Shown here piece by piece: positions 1 through 9,100 of a DNA stretch of 64,000 bases. The DNA lies in assembly GCA_051870955.1 (NCBI GenBank), contig JBJECJ010000025.1, positions 126 through 64,125 of the forward strand, in the 5' to 3' direction. Positions within the stretch are counted from its first letter, which is position 1. Each line of letters starts with the position of its first letter. The DNA is from Paludibacteraceae bacterium (GTDB lineage: Bacteria > Bacteroidota > Bacteroidia > Bacteroidales > Paludibacteraceae). A model generated the notes under the pieces. It saw only the letters and a list, made by a program, of their open reading frames with translations. It was not told the DNA's origin and ran no database searches. A program made the translations under genes and the position numbers.

Positions 1-91
1 AGACGGAAAAAGCAGCAGAGAATACCGCAACTCGACCGCAACTCGGTAACAAATCAATAACAATAACCTCTAAACTCACAGCACCCAAACT

Positions 92-110
92 CCCTCCCTT
101 TAAGGGAGGG
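92..110. repeat. palindromic element ccctccctttaagggaggg upstream of mraY
   Basis: 9-bp arms form a near-perfect palindrome. The same palindrome recurs inside the trmH-family CDS at 9491-9509. Confidence 0.6.
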
Positions 111-132
111 GCGGGGAGGGTCCTTTAATCCC

Positions 133-1404
133 ATGCTCTACTCCCTATTCGAACTCCTCCCCGACTTCCCGGGCTCGCGACTGATGACCTACATATCCTT
201 CCGCGCCATCGTCGCGGCGGTGCTTGCCCTCATCATCAGTATCTATTTCGGCAAGTACTTCATCGCCCTCATGAAGCGCAAGCACATCAGCGAAGTGCAA
301 CGCGACGAGAAGACCGACCCCTTCAACGTCGCCAAGAAAGGCGTACCCACTATGGGCGGTATCGTCATCATTATCAGTATCTTACTGCCCGTCCTCCTCA
401 TCGGCAACTTGAGCAATATCTACCTCCTGCTCATGCTCATCACCACCCTCATCCTCGGGGCATTGGGCTTTGCCGACGACTATATCAAGACCTTCCGCCG
501 CAACAAAGACGGGCTCAACGGCTGGGTCAAAATCGCAGGACAAGTCTTGCTCGGACTCATTGTCGGACTCACCCTCCGCTACAGCCCCGTAACCACCATG
601 AACGAGCAGGTCTCCACCCGCACGGAGAACAACATCACCATCGTCGAGAAGTCCCCCGCCGTCAAATCCACCCAGACCACCATCCCCTTCGTTAAGCACC
701 ACAACTGCAACTACGCCGACCTCTTCTCCTTCCTCGGCAGCGAGAACAAGTACCGCGCCGGCTGGATATTCTTCGTGCTTTTGACCGTCTTCGTGGTCGC
801 TGCAGTGAGCAACGGTGCCAACCTCAACGACGGCATGGACGGCATGTGCGCGGGCAACTCGGCTATCATCGGCGTGGCGCTCATCGCGCTGGCGTACATC
901 AGCGGTAGTTACGTCTGGGCGGACTATTTCGACGTGATGTACATACCGGGCAGCGAAGAGTTAGTCGTCTTCCTCGCCTCCTTCGTCGGCGCACTTGTGG
1001 GCTTCCTCTGGTACAACGGTTTCCCCGCGCAAATCTTCATGGGCGACACGGGCAGTCTCACCATCGGCGGTATCATCGGTGTCTGCGCCGTACTGATTCA
1101 CAAGGAGTTACTGCTCCCCATCCTCTGCGGAGTATTCCTCATGGAGAGCATATCCGTCATCCTGCAAACGCAGGTCTATAAGTTCGCCAAGCGCCGCGGC
1201 AAGCACGTCCGCGTATGGAAACGCGCCCCGCTCCACGACCATTTCCGCACCAGCGTGGAGCAAGTGCTGAAGAATGACCCCACCTGCACCATCCGGTTCA
1301 AGGGCAGCTCCGAGTTGCACCACGAGACCAAGATAGTCCTCCGCTTTTGGATTACCACCCTCCTCCTCGCCGCCCTCACCATCCTCACCCTCAAGATACG
1401 ATAA
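133..1404 (+). CDS. mraY: phospho-N-acetylmuramoyl-pentapeptide transferase
   Basis: 423-aa polytopic membrane ORF with MraY signatures NLNDGMDGM, FMGDTGSL and PLHDHF. It sits in dcw gene order. Confidence 0.92.
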   Translation: MLYSLFELLPDFPGSRLMTYISFRAIVAAVLALIISIYFGKYFIALMKRKHISEVQRDEKTDPFNVAKKGVPTMGGIVIIISILLPVLLIGNLSNIYLLLMLITTLILGALGFADDYIKTFRRNKDGLNGWVKIAGQVLLGLIVGLTLRYSPVTTMNEQVSTRTENNITIVEKSPAVKSTQTTIPFVKHHNCNYADLFSFLGSENKYRAGWIFFVLLTVFVVAAVSNGANLNDGMDGMCAGNSAIIGVALIALAYISGSYVWADYFDVMYIPGSEELVVFLASFVGALVGFLWYNGFPAQIFMGDTGSLTIGGIIGVCAVLIHKELLLPILCGVFLMESISVILQTQVYKFAKRRGKHVRVWKRAPLHDHFRTSVEQVLKNDPTCTIRFKGSSELHHETKIVLRFWITTLLLAALTILTLKIR

Positions 1405-1438
1405 TGCTTTCTAACATGAATTGCCGTGAAGAACGTTT

Positions 1439-1542
1439 AACATATAATTATCATGTAATTATTCATTAATTATTTTGCACAGCGCAACTTAATTGACACA
1501 ATGAACTCTAACATATAATTATCATGTAATTATTCATTAATT
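1439..1542. repeat. two direct copies of a 33-nt AT-rich unit (aacatataattatcatgtaattattcattaatt)
   Basis: Identical copies at 1439-1471 and 1510-1542. Inverted copies lie downstream of the GxxExxY gene. Confidence 0.8.
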
Positions 1543-1565
1543 GTTGCATAGTAATTTTCTTCTAT

Positions 1566-2033
1566 ATGTCTGATTTAAGTCAATACCAGCAAACTACGTA
1601 TCATATTATCGGAGCGGCGATGGAAGTGCATGGTATCTTGGGATGGGGATTGGTAGAGCCCATATACCAAGAGGCTTTGGAGAAAGAATTGCAACTAAGA
1701 GGTTTACTCTGTGAACGAGAAAAAGAAGTGCCTATACGCTACAAGGATTTTACGCTGGATAAGCGATTTCGCATAGATATGTTGGTGGAAGATGTCGTTG
1801 TAGAATTAAAATCCGTTGCACAACTCAAAGCAGAACATCGCGAGCAATTATGCAACTACCTCCGCCTAACTCAAAAGCAAGTAGGTCTATTGATAAACTT
1901 CGGCGAGCGCAGCCTGATAGGAGAGCGATGGGCATTTGACAAAGAGAACAATACTTGTTTTCTAATCAACAAAAACATGCAACCCGTCAATCACGACTAT
2001 GACTACCTCTTCCATCCTACGCACTGGCAATAA
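1566..2033 (+). CDS. GxxExxY family protein (PD-(D/E)XK-like, 23S rRNA IVS-type)
   Basis: 155-aa ORF containing GLVEPIY (the GxxExxY motif) and the typical ..FRIDMLVEDVVVELK.. core. Confidence 0.85.
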   Translation: MSDLSQYQQTTYHIIGAAMEVHGILGWGLVEPIYQEALEKELQLRGLLCEREKEVPIRYKDFTLDKRFRIDMLVEDVVVELKSVAQLKAEHREQLCNYLRLTQKQVGLLINFGERSLIGERWAFDKENNTCFLINKNMQPVNHDYDYLFHPTHWQ

Positions 2034-2060
2034 ACCCGACAAACATGTTCAACAACGAAA

Positions 2061-2233
2061 AATTAATGAATAATTACACGTTAATTACATGTTAAAACTA
2101 CCACCATACAACGAAAAAATTAATGAATAATTACACGATAATTATATGTTAAAACTTCCCCCCCCACAAGGAAAAATTAATGAGTAATTACACGTTAATT
2201 ATATGTTAAAAAGAAAAACGATAATTATATGTT
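2061..2233. repeat. three full and one partial inverted copies of the 33-nt AT-rich unit
   Basis: Copies at 2061-2093, 2118-2150 and 2175-2207, plus a partial copy at 2219-2233. They are reverse complements of the 1439/1510 units. The last copy supplies the murD ATG. Confidence 0.8.
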
Positions 2234-3590
2234 AAAGCGTTTGGTTGTTTTAGGAGCCGGAGAGTCGGGCACGGGTGCCGCGATTCTCGCCAAAGAGAAA
2301 GGCTACGAGGTCTTTGTCAGCGACATGGGCGAAATCAAGTTGCCCTACCGCGCTATGCTCGACCAACACGGCATCGCGTGGGAAGACGGCGGGCATACCG
2401 CCGAGAAGATTCTCAATGCCGATGAGGTGGTGAAGAGCCCGGGCATCCCCCTGACTGCCCCCCTCATACGACAGTTGCAGGCACAAGGCACGCCCGTCAT
2501 CTCCGAGATAGAGTTCGCTGCACGCTACACCCATGCCAAGATGATTTGTATCACGGGCTCCAACGGCAAGACCACTACCACCTCGCTCATCTACGACATC
2601 CTCCACCGCGCGGGGCTGAATGTCGGGCTGGCAGGCAACATCGGCAACTCCCTCGCCCTGCAAGTGGCGCACGAGGACCACGACTACTACGTCATTGAGT
2701 TGTCCTCCTTCCAGTTGGACAACATGTACGACTTCCGTGCGAACATCGCCATCTTGATGAACATCACCCCCGACCACCTCGACCGCTACGACTTTGACTT
2801 CCAGAACTACGTGAACGCTAAGTTCCGCATCACGCAGAACCAGACGCAAGATGACGCCTTCATCTATTGGTCGGAAGACCCTGTGCTCGACCGCGAGATA
2901 GAAAAGATGCGCCCGGGAGCCACGCTCTATCCGTTCGGCTTCGCCACGCCCGCCGAGTCTGCCGACAAAGTAGGCGGCGTGAATGCCGCGTGGATTGACC
3001 ACAACAACCTCGTTGTCAATGCCTGCCCCGAGCCGTTGGAGGTGCCCGTGGAGCAACTGAGCCTGCAAGGCAAGCACAACCAACTCAACTCCATGGCAGC
3101 CTCGCTCGCCGCACAAATCCTGCATATCAAGAACAGCGTCATCCGCGAGAGCCTGCAGCAGTTCGCCGGCGTGGCGCACCGCTTGCAGTACGTAGCCACC
3201 GTGCGCGGAGTGCGCTTCATCAACGACTCCAAGGCAACCAACGTCAACTCCTGCTGGTACGCATTAGAGTCCATGACCACCCCCACCGTCCTCATCCTCG
3301 GCGGCAAGGACAAAGGCAACGACTACTCTGAGATAGACCAACTCGTCCGCGAGAAGTGCCACACGCTGGTCTTCATGGGGCTGCACAATGAGAAACTGCG
3401 AGAGCATTTCGGCGCCTTTGGATTGAATATCATCGACACCGACAACCTCCACGATGCCGTAGCGGGTGCTTTCCGCGCTGCCCGCGAGGGCGACACCGTC
3501 CTGCTCTCGCCCTGCTGCGCTTCCTTCGACCTCTTCCGCTCCTACGAAGACCGAGGCGACCAATTCATGCAAGCCGTCCGCAACCTATGA
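2229..3590 (+). CDS. murD: UDP-N-acetylmuramoyl-L-alanine--D-glutamate ligase
   Basis: 453 aa with the Mur ligase P-loop ITGSNGKTTT and dcw context. Confidence 0.92.
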   Translation: MLKRLVVLGAGESGTGAAILAKEKGYEVFVSDMGEIKLPYRAMLDQHGIAWEDGGHTAEKILNADEVVKSPGIPLTAPLIRQLQAQGTPVISEIEFAARYTHAKMICITGSNGKTTTTSLIYDILHRAGLNVGLAGNIGNSLALQVAHEDHDYYVIELSSFQLDNMYDFRANIAILMNITPDHLDRYDFDFQNYVNAKFRITQNQTQDDAFIYWSEDPVLDREIEKMRPGATLYPFGFATPAESADKVGGVNAAWIDHNNLVVNACPEPLEVPVEQLSLQGKHNQLNSMAASLAAQILHIKNSVIRESLQQFAGVAHRLQYVATVRGVRFINDSKATNVNSCWYALESMTTPTVLILGGKDKGNDYSEIDQLVREKCHTLVFMGLHNEKLREHFGAFGLNIIDTDNLHDAVAGAFRAAREGDTVLLSPCCASFDLFRSYEDRGDQFMQAVRNL

Positions 3591-4831
3591 AACGACTAAC
3601 GAACCTACATATCGACCGCACGTTCTGGGTATTGTACCTTGTCCTCGTGGCACTGGCTGTCATCACGCTCTTCTCCGCATCCAGCACGCTGGTCTATGCC
3701 ACCAAAGGCTCGGTGTTAGGACCCATCGGGGGACAGATGTTGTTCATCGCGTTGGGTATCGCCGTTGCATTCGGTATTCAGTTGCTGCCCACCTACGTGG
3801 TACGCTTCGGCGGCTATCTCCTGCTCGGCGTGTCTGTCTTGTGCCTCTATTCCTTGCTCATCCCGGGCAACCCGCTGGCGTTCACCGCCAACGGTGCCAC
3901 GCGCTGGATGCGCATTGGAAGCATCACCTTCCAGCCCTCCGAGTTGGCGAAGTTAGGACTTATCATCGTCGTCTCCGACCTGCTCTCCCGCGCCAAGACC
4001 CCCGAGACCAAACGCAAGTATTTCTGGTGGACACTATGTATCACGGGCATCACCGTGCTGCCTATTCTCGTCCATAACCTCTCCACCACCATACTCGTCT
4101 GCGGTATCGTGTTCCTGCTGTGGGTGCTTGCGAACATTCCTTGGAAATACACCCTCAGCACGGTGGGCATAGCCATCATCGCACTCGTGGCAGGCTATAC
4201 CTTGGTGGAGTTCGCCTACGTGCGCCAAGACAGAACGCCCAAACTATTCGACCGCTCCGTAACGTGGGTGAAGCGTATAGACAAGAAACTCTTTCCCGAC
4301 GAGGCAGACACCAAGACCACCAAATATACGGTTACGGACGAGAACCGTCAGGAGGTGTATGCCAACGTAGCCATCGCCCGCGGGGGAGCGTCGCCCATCG
4401 GCGTGCTACCCGGCAACAGCAAAGAGCGCGACTACCTGCCGCTCGCTTTCATGGACTATATCTTTGCCATCTTTGTAGAAGAATGGGGAATCATAGGTGC
4501 CATCGGGCTTATCATCCTTTATCTGTGGATACTCTTCCGCGCTTGCTATGTCAGCACGCGCTTTGGCGACACCGCCTCTATGCTCATGGTCATGGGGTTG
4601 GCACTGATGATTACCACGCAGGCGCTCATGTCCATGCTCGTGGCGGTCGGTATCATGCCCGTAACGGGACAGCCACTGCCGATGATTAGCAAGGGCGGCA
4701 CCAGCGTCCTGATTACCAGCGTCTATTTCGGTATCATGATGTGCGTCAGCCGCGAGCAGAGCATTCTCCGCGAACGCCAAGACAGCACCACCCGCGCCAG
4801 CGAAGAAGACGTGCCGGAAATCATTGGGTAA
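3587..4831 (+). CDS. ftsW: FtsW/RodA/SpoVE family peptidoglycan polymerase
   Basis: 414-aa multi-TM ORF with a SEDS-type C-terminal region (PVTGQPLPMISKGGTS). ATGA overlap with murD. Confidence 0.88.
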   Translation: MKRLTNLHIDRTFWVLYLVLVALAVITLFSASSTLVYATKGSVLGPIGGQMLFIALGIAVAFGIQLLPTYVVRFGGYLLLGVSVLCLYSLLIPGNPLAFTANGATRWMRIGSITFQPSELAKLGLIIVVSDLLSRAKTPETKRKYFWWTLCITGITVLPILVHNLSTTILVCGIVFLLWVLANIPWKYTLSTVGIAIIALVAGYTLVEFAYVRQDRTPKLFDRSVTWVKRIDKKLFPDEADTKTTKYTVTDENRQEVYANVAIARGGASPIGVLPGNSKERDYLPLAFMDYIFAIFVEEWGIIGAIGLIILYLWILFRACYVSTRFGDTASMLMVMGLALMITTQALMSMLVAVGIMPVTGQPLPMISKGGTSVLITSVYFGIMMCVSREQSILRERQDSTTRASEEDVPEIIG

Positions 4832-4834
4832 GCC

Positions 4835-5039
4835 CTTTCGTGCTGTAAGAAACTTCGTGTAAGAAAGCCTCTTCGAGGCTGTAAAAACTACGTGAAAGAA
4901 AGCCCCTACGGGGCTGTAAAAAAGTAAATGTACTGAAGCCCTACGGGCTGTACACGAAGCGAAGCGCAGTTTATCACACGAAGTTAATTACACGGAGCGA
5001 AGCGGAGTTTATTACACGAAGTTACCAACACGAAGTTAT
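4835..5039. repeat. three REP-like hairpins followed by a 38-nt tandem unit array
   Basis: Hairpins agcctcttcgaggct, agcccctacggggct and agccctacgggct are each followed by gtaaaa or gtaca. 38-nt units lie at 4953-4990 and 4991-5028, with a partial unit at 5029-5039 abutting the murG ATG. Confidence 0.75.
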
Positions 5040-6233
5040 ATGAAGTATCTCATTTCAGGCGGAGGAACAGGTGGACATATCTTCCCCGCAGTAAGTATCG
5101 CCAACGCCTTGCGCGAACTTGACCCGCAGGCGGACATCCTCTTTGTCGGCGCCTTAGGACGCATGGAGATGGAGCGCGTGCCGCAAGCAGGCTATAAGAT
5201 TATCGGCTTGCCCGTGCGCGGCTTCAACCGCAAGCAGCCGTGGAAGAATATCTCCGTTGTGTGGGACTTGCTCCGCTCTATGGTGCAGGCGCGGCGTATT
5301 GTCCGTGAGTTCCGCCCCGATGTAGGAATCGGTGTGGGCGGATATGCCAGCGGCGCGGCAATGAAAGTGGCGGCGAAGATGGGCGTACCTATCCTGCTGC
5401 AAGAGCAGAACGGCTTTGCCGGCGTTACCAACAAACTGCTCAAAGACGATGCCCACAAGATTTGTGTGGCATACGAGGGGATGGAACGCTTCTTCCCTGC
5501 GGAGAAGATACTGCTCACGGGCAACCCCGTGCGTCAGGACTTAGTCCGCGGCAGCAAAGAGCAAGCCATCGCCTACCTGCAAAAGGAGTACGGCGTTTCT
5601 TTCTCGCTCGAGCGCCCCACCCTGCTCATCATCGGCGGCAGCCTCGGTGCACGCACTATCAACCAAGCCCTGCTCGGCGGCGTACAACAACTGCTCGCCC
5701 AAGGCATCCAAGTCATCTGGCAAACGGGCAAGACCTACTACGAACAAATAATATCCCAATTACAGAATATCCATTCACGGAGCGAAGCGGAGTTACCAAC
5801 ACAAAGTTCCCAACACGGAGCGGAGCGTAGTTCCCAACACGAAGTGATTAACACGGAGCAAAGCGTAGTTGTAACGCCCTTCCTAAGCAACATGCCCGAC
5901 CTGTATGCGCTGGCGGATTTGGTTATCTCCCGCGCGGGGGCAAGCAGTATCAGCGAGTTGTGCCTGTTGGGTAAGCCCGCTATCCTCGTGCCGTCGCCCA
6001 ATGTGGCGGAAGACCATCAGACGCATAACGCCATGGCATTGGTCAACAAAGACGCAGCCGTGCTGGTGAAAGACGCAGACGCGCAGCAGCAACTCATCCC
6101 CACCGCCCTCGCACTCCTGCAAGACCCCGACCGCCTCAGCGCACTCCGCGAGCACATCCTCACCCTCGCCCAACCCGACTCCGCCCGCCGCATCGCTGAA
6201 GAAGTGATTCGATTAGGGAGAAGAGAGGTGTAG
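5040..6233 (+). CDS. murG: undecaprenyldiphospho-muramoylpentapeptide beta-N-acetylglucosaminyltransferase
   Basis: 397 aa with GGTGGHIFPA at the N-terminus and ADLVISRAGASSISE. It carries an internal repeat-derived segment at 5776-5876. Confidence 0.9.
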   Translation: MKYLISGGGTGGHIFPAVSIANALRELDPQADILFVGALGRMEMERVPQAGYKIIGLPVRGFNRKQPWKNISVVWDLLRSMVQARRIVREFRPDVGIGVGGYASGAAMKVAAKMGVPILLQEQNGFAGVTNKLLKDDAHKICVAYEGMERFFPAEKILLTGNPVRQDLVRGSKEQAIAYLQKEYGVSFSLERPTLLIIGGSLGARTINQALLGGVQQLLAQGIQVIWQTGKTYYEQIISQLQNIHSRSEAELPTQSSQHGAERSSQHEVINTEQSVVVTPFLSNMPDLYALADLVISRAGASSISELCLLGKPAILVPSPNVAEDHQTHNAMALVNKDAAVLVKDADAQQQLIPTALALLQDPDRLSALREHILTLAQPDSARRIAEEVIRLGRREV

Positions 6234-6263
6234 GTTAGGCGGGGATGCCTTGAGGGTTGATTT

Positions 6264-6702
6264 GCGAAATTTGGACAATTCTATTCAGACCTTATTCCGA
6301 TGCGGAATAGGGTCTTTTTTGTCGGGGTATTCTCTCTGAGGAGGTTCTTGGAAGGTTCGAGGAAGGGGCTGGGAGGGGTCGAGAAAGAGTCTGGGAAGGG
6401 TCGGGGAAGGGTCGGGGAAGGTTCGGAATTGGTTCAAAAATGGCTCGAAAATGGCTCGAAAACGTCTCGAAACGGACTCGCTTATGTTACGGTAATGTTA
6501 CGGTAATGTTACGGCAATGTTCCGATAATGATATGTTACAGATTCGGGGAGATTTCGGGACTGGTTCGGAGAGGTTTCGGGGAGGAACTGGGGAGGAATC
6601 GGAGAGGAATCGGGAAGGATTTAGGATGGGCTTGGAGCGCGTTGTGTTTCGTCAGGGGGGAAGAAGAATCAGGAGAGGGCTGTATGCGAAATTTGGAACA
6701 TT
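6264..6702 (+). repeat. composite dispersed element, copy 1: 17-nt direct repeats flanking 11-bp-period arrays
   Basis: gcgaaatttggacaatt at 6264-6280 and gcgaaatttggaacatt at 6686-6702. The interior is collinear with the reverse complement of 37795-38052. Confidence 0.7.
6290..6320 (+). terminator. putative intrinsic terminator after murG
   Basis: Hairpin ccttattccg/cggaataggg followed by tctttttt. Confidence 0.6.
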
Positions 6703-6784
6703 TGCAAGCGGAGCGGAGGAAGAGGGGAGGGGTATGTACGCGACGGAGCGGAGGAAGGCTTTTTTCGGAGAATTAGGAGAAAGG

Positions 6785-6816
6785 CTTGCATATGTCAAAA
6801 AAAAGTGGTAACTTTG
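6785..6816 (+). promoter_or_regulatory. Bacteroidetes-type promoter for the tamL-like gene
   Basis: cTTGCatatg, an A-run, then the -7 box TAACTTTG at 6809-6816, 14 nt before the ATG. Confidence 0.6.
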
Positions 6817-6829
6817 CGGGCGGAATGTT

Positions 6830-9100
6830 ATGAAAGAAAAGGTACTCTACATATTATTGGTATTAGTCGTCCTTTTCTCCGGTTGCAAGACGACGAAGTT
6901 TGTGCCGGAAGGTTCGTTGTTGCTCGACAAAGCGCGTGTGCGCGTGGTGAGCACGACGAGTGAAATGCAAGACAGCAAAGACAGCACTCGGACGAAGACG
7001 AGACGCGCCGTCGGCAGGAGAGAGAAAGGGCACAGCATATCGAAGGGGGAGGCGAATGCGCTGGCGGGGGAGTTGAAGTCATACCTCCGACAAAAGCAGA
7101 ACACGGAGATATTCGGGTTCTGGAAACTGCAACTGCATGTGTACAACACGGCGCCTGCGGACACGACGAGCAAAGCCAACAAGTTCTTCGCCCGCAATGC
7201 GCACAAAGTGGGGGAGGCACCCGTGATATACGACAAGGAGTTGACCGCCGTCTCGATGCAGCAGTTGGCGCAAGCGATGCAGAACAAGGGGTACTTCCGC
7301 GTGGAGGTGGATACGGTGCAGAAAGTGAAAGACCGGAAGATGGACTTGACCTACGTGGTGGTCGCCAATGCGCCTTACACGGTGCGGAAATACACGGTGG
7401 ACATCGACCGCCCCGAGGTGCGCGAGATAGCGATGCAGAAACAGCGGAAAGTGGACAAGGGTATGCAGTTCGACGCGGCGCTGATGGACGAGGAGCGGCA
7501 GCGTATCACGAGCCGCATGCACAACAAGGGGTATTTCTACTTCGACAAGTCGATGCTGGTCTATACGGCGGACAGTTCGTATCGGGACAACACGGTGGAG
7601 GTGGAGATGGCGCTGGCGGACTACGTGAAGGCGATGCCGGACAGCGTGCAGGAGCGAATCTACACGCCGTTGAGGATAAGGCGGGTGTTCTTCCACAGCG
7701 ATGGCGATAACTTCATCCGCGAGAGCGTGTTGCGGCGCAACTGCCGACTGAAAGAGGGGGAATTGTATGCCGAATGGCGGGTGGAGCGCACCTACACACT
7801 GCTGAATAACCTTGGCGCGGTGAAGTACGTGGATATATCCTTCGACCCCATAGGTCGGGATGAGTTGGACTGCCACATCACGGTGTCGAAGAGCAAGGTG
7901 CACAGCGTGTCGGCGGAGTTGGAAGGGACGTACTCGGCAGGCGACTGGGGCATAGGCGCGGGCGTGGGGTATCAGAACAAGAACATCTTCCGCGGTTCGG
8001 AGTTGCTGTCGCTCGCCGCGCGTGCGAGTTACGAATGGCGTCAGAACGGCGGGCGCGCGATAGAGGCGAAAGCGGAGGCGGGGCTTGCGTTCCCGTCGCA
8101 GGTGAAGATAAACCTCGCCTACAACTACCAGCAGCGCCCCGAGGAGTACACGCGGACGATAGCCAACGCGGGACTCTACTACACTATTCCGCGCAAGCCG
8201 GAAAGCCGATGGACGCACCGATTCAACCTGATAGATATCAGTTATATCTACCTGCCGTGGATGTCGGAGCAGTTCAAGACCGACTTCATCGACCGCGCGT
8301 CGGTGCTGAAAGCAAGTTACGAAGACCACTTCATCCTCGACTGGAGTTACTCGGGGCAGTTCACCAACCAGCGGAAGAACAGCAATAGGTCGTACATCAA
8401 GTTCAACTACTCGGTGGAGACGGCGGGCAACTTCCTCTACGGCATGGCGCGGCTGTTCCCCTTCAAGCAGAACGACGACGGGGCTTACACGCTGTGGAAT
8501 GTGCCGTTTGCGCAGTATGCGAAGGGGGATGTGAACTTCGTGTTCCACCACGTGATGGCGCCGCAGCACCAGTTGGTGTACCATGTGGGCTTGGGTGTGG
8601 CGGTGCCTTACCTGAACGCAAGCACTATCCCCTTCGAGAAACGGTATTTCTCCGGCGGTGCGAACAGCGTGCGGGGTTGGCAGGCGCGGACGCTGGGTCC
8701 GGGCGGGTTCCACAGGCAAGGAAACTCGATGGTGTATGACCTGCAAGCGGGCGATATACGGCTCGACCTGAACATCGAGTATCGCTGGCGGGTGTGGAAC
8801 TTCATCGAGTTGGCGGCGTTCCTCGACGCGGGGAATATCTGGACGATACGCGACTACGAGCAGCAGCCCTACGGCGTGTTTCGGTGGGACGAGTTCTACA
8901 AGCAGATAGCCATGTCGTGGGGTTTCGGTCTGCGACTGGATTTCAGTATCTTGGTGCTGCGGTTGGACTTCGGCGTGAAGTTGCACGACCCGACGCGGAT
9001 GTACGGCGAGTACGCGGGCACGGAGTGGCGCACGGCGAGCCACCACCTCAACTGGAAAGACGACTGCACGGTGCATTTCGCGATTGGGTATCCGTTCTAA
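6830..9100 (+). CDS. BamA/TamA-family outer membrane protein with lipoprotein signal (TamL-like)
   Basis: 756 aa with a lipobox (LFSGC) and a C-terminal Omp85 bacterial-surface-antigen-like barrel (..RYFSGGANSVRGW..). Confidence 0.7.
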   Translation: MKEKVLYILLVLVVLFSGCKTTKFVPEGSLLLDKARVRVVSTTSEMQDSKDSTRTKTRRAVGRREKGHSISKGEANALAGELKSYLRQKQNTEIFGFWKLQLHVYNTAPADTTSKANKFFARNAHKVGEAPVIYDKELTAVSMQQLAQAMQNKGYFRVEVDTVQKVKDRKMDLTYVVVANAPYTVRKYTVDIDRPEVREIAMQKQRKVDKGMQFDAALMDEERQRITSRMHNKGYFYFDKSMLVYTADSSYRDNTVEVEMALADYVKAMPDSVQERIYTPLRIRRVFFHSDGDNFIRESVLRRNCRLKEGELYAEWRVERTYTLLNNLGAVKYVDISFDPIGRDELDCHITVSKSKVHSVSAELEGTYSAGDWGIGAGVGYQNKNIFRGSELLSLAARASYEWRQNGGRAIEAKAEAGLAFPSQVKINLAYNYQQRPEEYTRTIANAGLYYTIPRKPESRWTHRFNLIDISYIYLPWMSEQFKTDFIDRASVLKASYEDHFILDWSYSGQFTNQRKNSNRSYIKFNYSVETAGNFLYGMARLFPFKQNDDGAYTLWNVPFAQYAKGDVNFVFHHVMAPQHQLVYHVGLGVAVPYLNASTIPFEKRYFSGGANSVRGWQARTLGPGGFHRQGNSMVYDLQAGDIRLDLNIEYRWRVWNFIELAAFLDAGNIWTIRDYEQQPYGVFRWDEFYKQIAMSWGFGLRLDFSILVLRLDFGVKLHDPTRMYGEYAGTEWRTASHHLNWKDDCTVHFAIGYPF

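Noticed and set aside
1566-2033. The GxxExxY gene as evidence of a 23S rRNA intervening sequence
   Set aside because: No rRNA sequence flanks it. It lies between mraY and murD. The same holds for the four-helix-bundle gene at 23963-24337.
6350-6620. Possible CRISPR array
   Set aside because: The units are 11 bp and directly abutting, with no spacers. Repeat identity drifts continuously and there are no cas genes or leader. The same applies to 17349-17408, 37891-37945, 53521-53564 and 63890-63966.
6300-6811. Three overlapping ORFs (68, 123 and 82 aa) in the murG/tamL spacer
   Set aside because: They are translations of 11-bp tandem arrays (G/R/E/S repeats), have no start context and overlap one another in different frames. 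A homologous inverted copy at 37.9 kb gives ORFs on the opposite strand with similar C-termini, as expected for repeat DNA rather than genes.
7079-9076. 665-aa ORF antisense to the tamL-like gene
   Set aside because: It is R/H/V/L-rich low-complexity sequence with no motifs. It is the typical shadow ORF of a GC-rich gene whose sense strand has clear Omp85 features.
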